Virus record (IMG/VR): IMGVR_UViG_3300021368_000004
Coordinates: 1-64,000 of that record
Source: a virus
DNA: 64,000 bases
Direction: 5' to 3' (one strand)
The translations under genes were made by a program, and so were the position numbers. Positions 58,608-64,000 of this stretch are shown here, in pieces. Under the pieces are notes generated by a model. It had not been told where the DNA came from. It searched no databases and was given only the letters and a program-made list of their open reading frames with translations. How positions within the stretch are numbered: the stretch's first letter is position 1; each line of letters starts with the position of its first letter.

Positions 58608-58615
58608 TATTTATA
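58608..58615 (-). promoter_or_regulatory. T4-type late promoter TATAAATA driving the envelope-protein operon
   Basis: Exact consensus in the intergenic gap before 58577. Confidence 0.75.
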
Positions 58616-58849
58616 CTAAAGTTTACTTTCAGCGCCTAGCCATGCAAAACATTTTGCGTCAATTGGTTCATATTTTAAACCTAATTGAGTTTCTGTTAAT
58701 AGCTGTGCCATTTGAGCATTGATTGTTGCCCAACATTGTTCTTCTGTCATAAACTTCATTCTAGAATTTGCAATCTCACATGAAGTAAAACTATGTGGCT
58801 GTCCTATAAGGCACCACATTACGGCTGCCGTAAATATTCCAGAGCCCAT
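58616..58849 (-). CDS. Small Cys-containing, probably exported protein (start revised)
   Basis: AAGGA RBS; four Cys; hydrophobic N-terminus. Confidence 0.6.
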   Translation of the reverse strand: MGSGIFTAAVMWCLIGQPHSFTSCEIANSRMKFMTEEQCWATINAQMAQLLTETQLGLKYEPIDAKCFAWLGAESKL

Positions 58850-58850
58850 A

Positions 58851-59117
58851 TTATTTTCCTTTATAAATTTTTTGTAGATGAGTTTCAAACTCTTCTACTT
58901 TTGCAAGTCTATTAGGCCACAGAATATATTCTTTCTGTGGATTCTTCTTAAGGTTATTTAATAATGGTACTATCGCATTATATAAGTCGTCTAATTGCTT
59001 TTGATTAGACTTAGCAGTCTCACCAATTGTGGCTGCCTTCTCTTGTTCTTTTTGTACTGCTTCAAGTTCGTTTTCATCAACTGCTGTGAAACCGAAATCA
59101 AATAAATCCTGGCTCAT
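58851..59117 (-). CDS. Conserved T4-like hypothetical protein (start revised)
   Basis: GGAG RBS; FDFGFTAVDE.EL...LYNAI.PLL.NLK.NP.KEYILWPNR. Confidence 0.7.
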   Translation of the reverse strand: MSQDLFDFGFTAVDENELEAVQKEQEKAATIGETAKSNQKQLDDLYNAIVPLLNNLKKNPQKEYILWPNRLAKVEEFETHLQKIYKGK

Positions 59118-59748
59118 TTCTATCTCCGTAAACAAATGGTGTCATTACACCATCTTTAAAATGCGAGTACATATTACCTTCTTCTGTTGGTGGTCCAAAA
59201 TTAAAACGCTGTGCCAACAATTGTCTTTGTCTTGTTCCCTCTTCCACTGACGATGTAGTCCATGTCTTCCAGTCTTTATCGCCATATGGATATACTACTA
59301 TTGTGGCTTCACCCTCTTCACTCAAACCACCATATGTACTATTCTCTATATCGTTCCGTGTCTTTTTCATCCATTTATAGAGAGACTTTAATCTTGTTGT
59401 GATTGCAATCTCATGAATAGGAGTAGGACATCTAAACTGAAAACCTAACTCGTAGACCGGTGTGTTATGTTCAAACTTGATATCTTTCATCAGTTCATAC
59501 ATATTTATCTTTAATTCAGGCAGTTTAACGCCTTGTTCTATGTCATCTTGAAATGCCGTATAGACATAGCTATCTTTGTTTTTATACGGCGTTATAAATT
59601 GAATATAGTCCGCCGAAAAGTTACCTGATACTATTGTATCAAGTTTTTCGACAGACTCAGGAGAAAATTCTAAGGGCTCTTCCCTATTAATATTTACATC
59701 TTTTAAATAATCATAAAAGATACTAGCGTACTTCGGATTCTTTTTCAC
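59098..59748 (-). CDS. Hypothetical protein
   Basis: Intact 216-aa ORF in the operon. Confidence 0.55.
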   Translation of the reverse strand: MKKNPKYASIFYDYLKDVNINREEPLEFSPESVEKLDTIVSGNFSADYIQFITPYKNKDSYVYTAFQDDIEQGVKLPELKINMYELMKDIKFEHNTPVYELGFQFRCPTPIHEIAITTRLKSLYKWMKKTRNDIENSTYGGLSEEGEATIVVYPYGDKDWKTWTTSSVEEGTRQRQLLAQRFNFGPPTEEGNMYSHFKDGVMTPFVYGDRNEPGFI

Positions 59749-59821
59749 GTTCTTTCTTTAGCTTCCATAACATCCATTCGTAGTATCGAATAGGTTCATC
59801 ATCTTCAGTCGAGTGTGACAT
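59723..59821 (-). CDS. Small peptide (32 aa)
   Basis: MSHSTEDDEPIRYYEWMLWKLKKEREKESEVR; GAGGG RBS; bridges the gap between neighbours. Confidence 0.45.
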   Translation of the reverse strand: MSHSTEDDEPIRYYEWMLWKLKKEREKESEVR

Positions 59822-60134
59822 ATTCCCTCAAATTAATTAATTGCTCTCTTAGACTGTTATTTTGAATTTGCAATTTTCGTACTTGTTCTTCAAGTACTGC
59901 AATACGTCCACCATCACCAGCTTGAATAGTACCTAATTCTATACGAATGTCTTGATCCATTGCAGCTGCTTCGGCAAAGCCTTCTAATGTTGCTGATTCA
60001 AGATCGTTCATCTGATATTCTAATGACATGATTTCAGTTTGAGCATATACAAGATCGTCTTGTACAGTTTCAATCTGATCAGCAGTATGACCATTCATTA
60101 ATGCACCTATAATAAGTGCAATTATAGTTTCCAT
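59805..60134 (-). CDS. Membrane-anchored coiled-coil protein
   Basis: AGGAG RBS; hydrophobic N-terminus; heptads. Confidence 0.65.
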   Translation of the reverse strand: METIIALIIGALMNGHTADQIETVQDDLVYAQTEIMSLEYQMNDLESATLEGFAEAAAMDQDIRIELGTIQAGDGGRIAVLEEQVRKLQIQNNSLREQLINLREYVTLD

Positions 60135-60143
60135 TTTTTTCTC

Positions 60144-60623
60144 CTACTTTTCAAATCTTAATACATATCGTTTGCCATCAACATAGAATCGAATTGTAGA
60201 ATGACTATAAACATCTACTAACTGACTACTAACCGAAGTAACATCATTACATACTAATTTCTTCTCATAACCAACAATAGTCTGAGTTTGCTTAGGTTGT
60301 GCACCCTTATCAGCGCCTACTAAGCCACCCATTATTGCACCAATAGCTGCACCTTTGTCATCGCCTGTTACAGCTTTGCCACCTGCGGCACCTAATAGCA
60401 TACCTATCAAAGCTCCGCCTGATGCATTGCCTTGACGAGTTGTTGTACCATAAATTGGTACATTCATATTTTCACAGACTCGTTGAGTAGTCGGTGTGTC
60501 TACACGCATAGTCTTTGTATGATCATAGACTCTTACGTCTTTTACCTCAGCAGCAGCGGCCGTCGCAATTCCCATTGCAAGGATCGCCCCACTCGCAGAG
60601 GCACTTAGGCTTCTTAGATTCAT
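60144..60623 (-). CDS. Glycine-zipper 2TM exported protein
   Basis: Signal peptide; GALIGMLLGAAGG...GAAIGAIMGGLVG; flanking Cys pair. Confidence 0.75.
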   Translation of the reverse strand: MNLRSLSASASGAILAMGIATAAAAEVKDVRVYDHTKTMRVDTPTTQRVCENMNVPIYGTTTRQGNASGGALIGMLLGAAGGKAVTGDDKGAAIGAIMGGLVGADKGAQPKQTQTIVGYEKKLVCNDVTSVSSQLVDVYSHSTIRFYVDGKRYVLRFEK

Positions 60624-60629
60624 GTCTCA

Positions 60630-60752
60630 TTAATCTCCAATCCAAATGTTAATAATAGCTAAATTTCCGTCAATACTATTTATTGACCACTCAAAGCCGC
60701 TACTTCTCAATAGCGACTTTAATTCTTCTAATCTACTAGCTTCGACTATCAT
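60630..60752 (-). CDS. Small hypothetical protein (40 aa)
   Basis: MIVEASRLEELKSLLRSSGFEWSINSIDGNLAIINIWIGD; ATGA-coupled to the upstream gene. Confidence 0.55.
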   Translation of the reverse strand: MIVEASRLEELKSLLRSSGFEWSINSIDGNLAIINIWIGD

Positions 60753-61003
60753 ATCCGGCCTGCTGTATGCAAGATGGTATTCCACATTTTGCGTGCACCA
60801 TCGTCGTCAGCAAATCCTTCATCACTAGCAAAATCCATGCTTGAAGATCCGTAAACTACATTAGCAATGCCATACTTTTCGATTAGCTCAACGCCATCTA
60901 CAATTGTATCAGCTCGTCTGCCAATTTCACCTTCAGGTGTACCAATAGTAAAACTAATTCCACCTTCACTTGCACTTAAATAATTAATTCCTAAAGTAGC
61001 CAT
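60749..61003 (-). CDS. Hypothetical early protein
   Basis: GGAG RBS, promoter upstream; SSSMDFA..EGF. Confidence 0.65.
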   Translation of the reverse strand: MATLGINYLSASEGGISFTIGTPEGEIGRRADTIVDGVELIEKYGIANVVYGSSSMDFASDEGFADDDGARKMWNTILHTAGRI

Positions 61004-61032
61004 ATCTCACTCCATTCATTTTCTATAATACT

Positions 61033-61114
61033 AATATAATACTTTTCACATGGAATGTACATAGTTATTTCACATTTTTTTAAAAAAAGTTAAATGTGTT
61101 ACTTTTTTGTCACA
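61033..61114 (-). promoter_or_regulatory. Early promoter TGTACA-N17-TATATT plus upstream imperfect palindrome (61097-61114)
   Basis: -35 at 61056-61061, -10 at 61033-61038. Confidence 0.65.
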
Positions 61115-61392
61115 GCTGTCTGTCTTATATTATCTACTGCATCAGCTACGCGTGACGGATATTCTCCTAAAAAGGTTCCTGCTTTTAGATCATCTATTTT
61201 GATGTGATCCTTGTGGAAATGCTCTATTGTGTCCCAACTTTCAATCATCTTCTTTGAAAGACGATCGAATACCCCATCCGACACCAGTGGATCATCTTCC
61301 ACGTAATACGCGTAAGATGTCATAAGATACCACGGAACCATCATGTTCGGATTCCGGTCTGTCACTTCTAGCATTATTTTCTCTATCATCAT
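61099..61392 (-). CDS. Stand-alone NAD-dependent DNA ligase subdomain Ia-like protein
   Basis: YL..SYAYYVEDDPLVSDGVFDRL resembles the LigA N-terminal YY...P..SD..YD.L motif. Confidence 0.6.
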   Translation of the reverse strand: MMIEKIMLEVTDRNPNMMVPWYLMTSYAYYVEDDPLVSDGVFDRLSKKMIESWDTIEHFHKDHIKIDDLKAGTFLGEYPSRVADAVDNIRQTAVTKK

Positions 61393-61495
61393 TCGATCTT
61401 TTTCTTGTTGTCGTGGGGAGGTTGTGGACATTGCTTGACCAATCATCACACGGATCATCACCTGCATGAGCTTGACGCTCATCAGATAATACCAT
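61292..61495 (-). CDS. Small hypothetical protein
   Basis: AAAGGA RBS and late promoter upstream; DDPCDDWS motif. Confidence 0.45.
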   Translation of the reverse strand: MVLSDERQAHAGDDPCDDWSSNVHNLPTTTRKRSNDDRENNARSDRPESEHDGSVVSYDILRVLRGR

Positions 61496-61526
61496 ATGTC
61501 TGTCCTTTAATTGTTATCTCATATAA

Positions 61527-61534
61527 TATTTATA
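61527..61534 (-). promoter_or_regulatory. T4-type late promoter TATAAATA
   Basis: Exact consensus, intergenic. Confidence 0.65.
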
Positions 61535-62134
61535 TTAATAGACCTTTATGTCGACATTTTTTCCTTTATTAAATTTTAAATTGTCGTGTTTGTCCATGTG
61601 TAATACTATCTGCACATCTGAAAATTCTTCAAACATTTTTTCCCAGATTTTACGCCAATTATTTGTGAGACGAGTATTGTTATTATCGCCTCGGTCTGAT
61701 TGTAAATAAAAGTCTGTGGCTGAAGATAAATCAAAGTTAAACATAGAATCGAATCCATATAGATGTGCAGTTTTAGGTTTAAACTTTGTAATGCCATAAT
61801 GAGTTGCTACGTGTCCACAATTAAAATCTGTATATCCGGCAACATACTTAGGTAGGTGTGTATAAAATTCTCTAATAATAGGTGCTTTTTTCATATAGAA
61901 TGATTGGTGCTTTTGCATATATTGCTTTGGTCTCCAACCTAATACCCATGGCTGAGGCGGAATTACACCATCTTTATTGATTGCATTCATCATTTTAAAA
62001 TCAACCATAACAGTTGCATATGCATCAGGTATTGGAAGATGTGGAATATTACAAGTTAATTTTCTACCAGGCGAACCTTGCTTATAAAGTGTAGCTGATG
62101 GTCCATTACCAATCACATGAAGTATATCATTCAT
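61535..62134 (-). CDS. Glycosyltransferase-like protein (GT29/MAF-like Rossmann motif)
   Basis: LHVIGNGPS, TCN, VD..M, N.GH.A, HLYGFD. Confidence 0.6.
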   Translation of the reverse strand: MNDILHVIGNGPSATLYKQGSPGRKLTCNIPHLPIPDAYATVMVDFKMMNAINKDGVIPPQPWVLGWRPKQYMQKHQSFYMKKAPIIREFYTHLPKYVAGYTDFNCGHVATHYGITKFKPKTAHLYGFDSMFNFDLSSATDFYLQSDRGDNNNTRLTNNWRKIWEKMFEEFSDVQIVLHMDKHDNLKFNKGKNVDIKVY

Positions 62135-62754
62135 TTCATCATCTCTCGTATTTTATCTTTGCCTTTTGCTCCAGTCCAGTGAATAATCTTTGGATTTGGT
62201 GGTGCTGTATTATCTAGAAGATCAAGTCTTAATGTATTATATATTCTAGGTAATTCATTAATATGCGTGAGCTCACGTAGAGGATCGCCGCCTAACATCC
62301 AATTTAAAACTTCTTGATCTCCAACTTCTTTGTGTTTCTTTTCCCATATGATCCGAGCCCATTCACGTAAGACTGCTGGTCTTCCTGTATATGCAACTAC
62401 ACCTGAGTTAAACCATCTACCCCGCTCGGGCCTACGTGTGGACCATGGTTGATCAACCGCAATAGTAATCTTACCTTCTTGTACATAATCAAATATGCCA
62501 TTTAGATTACCACGAATCTCACAATCAGTATCAATCCAACATACTTTATCTGCCCATTGAGATGCTTCTAGCATAATCTGTGGTTTTTTAAACCAACCAT
62601 CTAGCTCAGGATAACCTTGATCAAAGTCTACAATGTATAAATCATTTTCGTCGCCATGATACTTTTCAAAGTTTTCTATAATCCATGGTAACATCCATTT
62701 ATTTTTCTCATCACAACCAGTTACAAATATATTAGATGATTTCATATTCGTCAC
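62131..62754 (-). CDS. GT-A glycosyltransferase (GT8-like)
   Basis: WFKKP, CWIDTDC (DxD), FNSGVV, GDQEVLN, IIHWTG.KGK. Confidence 0.8.
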   Translation of the reverse strand: MTNMKSSNIFVTGCDEKNKWMLPWIIENFEKYHGDENDLYIVDFDQGYPELDGWFKKPQIMLEASQWADKVCWIDTDCEIRGNLNGIFDYVQEGKITIAVDQPWSTRRPERGRWFNSGVVAYTGRPAVLREWARIIWEKKHKEVGDQEVLNWMLGGDPLRELTHINELPRIYNTLRLDLLDNTAPPNPKIIHWTGAKGKDKIREMMK

Positions 62755-63376
62755 TCCAGTTATGTTTAGCTAAGCAACCTGCTTCTTTTTGTATTGTAGT
62801 AAATGAGTCTTTACATGTGACAGGCCATGGATGATATTCTTCTAACCATGGAAACCAATGCTTATTTAAATATACATCAGTCGGTTTTGCATTCTTAATT
62901 CCGTTGATGAGTAAGTCAGCTCCTTGTTTATTCAAACGATAAGCATGAGCACCAGGAAAATATGGTTTTGATATAAGAGGACCAATGCCTCCATATAGAG
63001 GCTGAACCCATTTTCCATACGATGGTTCACCAAGATTTACACAACCAAAATAAAAGAGTGGATCTGGAATAGGACCTAAAACATATGCATCATGCTCAAA
63101 GACTGTGACTTCTATATTTTCTTTTGATGCAATTTCCCAGCAACTATAATGTGATAGGAAAGCTGCCATACAATTTTCTAATCGAGAATACTTTTCTACG
63201 AATCCCTCTTCAGGAATCCCACGTTCGACAAATGCTTTTTTGATATCTGTATTTTCTGGTGTACATGCTGGAAAATGTTCTATTTCTAATCCATGTGCTT
63301 TACCAGATAATATGCAACGTTTAGCTGCTTCAACGGACTTCTCGTTGTCCATAATAGTAATTACATAATTTTTCAT
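62732..63376 (-). CDS. GT25-like glycosyltransferase
   Basis: YVIT, AAFLSHYSCW, VFEHDA, GAHAY.L...GA..L, P.D. Confidence 0.8.
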   Translation of the reverse strand: MKNYVITIMDNEKSVEAAKRCILSGKAHGLEIEHFPACTPENTDIKKAFVERGIPEEGFVEKYSRLENCMAAFLSHYSCWEIASKENIEVTVFEHDAYVLGPIPDPLFYFGCVNLGEPSYGKWVQPLYGGIGPLISKPYFPGAHAYRLNKQGADLLINGIKNAKPTDVYLNKHWFPWLEEYHPWPVTCKDSFTTIQKEAGCLAKHNWSDEYEII

Positions 63377-64000
63377 GTTGTAGTGCTGGGTAAACCTTGT
63401 ACTCTTGTATAGTGATGTTTAGTTACACCCATTCCTCTCACTAGTTGTTTACACATTATTGCGTCGTTTGGCCAAAGACCATATTTAAATACGGCTGACA
63501 TGCATCTCTCTGCACCCTCTGGTGTTATTATATATGCTGAGTTTCCGGCTATGCCTTGTGGTATATTGAACTCATCGATAGATGGTACATTCTGTACAAA
63601 GTTAGGATCTAATTCGATTAGTCTCTTAAACTCTCGTGCTTTTCTTGTAGCTCCGAGTGGATCGTTTATACCAATAATCTGATAATCCCATTCTAAAATT
63701 ACATCAATAGGAATCTGTTTAATAAAATATGCATCGTGTTCTAATATAAGAAATGTTTCTTTTGTCTCAAAGCATTCTGCCCATAATCTAAAATGACTCA
63801 TAGCACAAGCGATTCTTGCCTTAGGATCTCTACCAACATATGCGCGCTTTATCAGTCCAGTTGCGAAGTCACTAACTTGGCCTTCCCATGGATAATTCCA
63901 TGTGATATCAAAATCTACCATTTCTGATTCTGCTGTCCACGGGGTAGAAGCTTCGAAGTTACCGATAGAAAACTCTTGCTCAGTATCTTTATAGCTTTTT
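63373..64000 (-). CDS. GT25-like glycosyltransferase (5'-truncated by the window edge)
   Basis: ACAMSHFRLW, LILEHDAYF, GNSAYIITP.GA, PND; frame stays open upstream of 63921 to the window end. Confidence 0.8.
   Translation of the reverse strand, partial: KSYKDTEQEFSIGNFEASTPWTAESEMVDFDITWNYPWEGQVSDFATGLIKRAYVGRDPKARIACAMSHFRLWAECFETKETFLILEHDAYFIKQIPIDVILEWDYQIIGINDPLGATRKAREFKRLIELDPNFVQNVPSIDEFNIPQGIAGNSAYIITPEGAERCMSAVFKYGLWPNDAIMCKQLVRGMGVTKHHYTRVQGLPSTTT

Noticed and set aside
60547-60630. Cys-rich 27-aa peptide MRHESKKPKCLCEWGDPCNGNCDGRCC on the - strand
   Set aside because: It has a TAATG-coupled start, but the Cys codons arise from reading the Ala-rich signal peptide of 60144..60623 out of frame; most likely a by-product.
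7432-61482. Longest-ORF starts at 8262, 9639, 53257, 54908, 58159, 58589, 58888, 59135 and 61482
   Set aside because: Downstream ATGs have better RBSs or stop/start coupling, or avoid long overlaps; starts were revised.
440-63682. The many short + strand ORFs (and short - ORFs within 46-49.5 kb) in the track
   Set aside because: They are antisense or alternate-frame shadows of well-supported genes, without RBSs or recognisable motifs.
1-64000. tRNA, rRNA, introns, homing endonucleases, transposases
   Set aside because: No cloverleaf, intron-interrupted gene or mobile nuclease motif recognised by eye; gp4 is a core head-completion nuclease. A tRNAscan or Infernal run would be needed to be certain.

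Overview
This 64-kb window is part of an AT-rich T4-like (myovirus) phage genome. The gene content resembles marine T4-like phages; an alphaproteobacterial host is plausible but only inferred. All family assignments below come from recalled motifs and gene order, not from database searches. Almost all genes are on the minus strand. Left to right: (1) 1-19.1 kb, about 20 tail-fibre, receptor-binding and chaperone genes; (2) 19.2-25.8 kb, an AT-richer island of modifying enzymes inserted in the structural operon (two glycosyltransferases, radical SAM, kinase-like, Asp/Asn beta-hydroxylase-like, methyltransferase-like, sulfotransferase-like); (3) 25.8-49.9 kb, the baseplate/tail module (large DUF4815/VrlC-like protein, gp8, gp9, gp7, gp6, gp25, a three-gene split gp5, gp27, gp53, gp48, then gp4, gp2, gp54, gp26, gp51 and a tape measure gene on +); (4) gp32, gp33 and small early genes behind a recurring TGTACA-N17-TAnnnT promoter with an upstream palindrome; (5) a 7-gene late operon of exported or membrane proteins with pilin- and chaperone-like features (55.0-58.6 kb); (6) a second glycosyltransferase cluster at the right edge. 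The most notable observations are: strong Asp-Ser (DS) dipeptide enrichment in outer virion proteins beside the enzyme island (candidate virion post-translational decoration system); the pilus-like late envelope cassette; and a likely -1 programmed frameshift fusing gp26 to gp51 just upstream of the tape measure gene. No tRNA, rRNA, CRISPR array or transposase was recognised.
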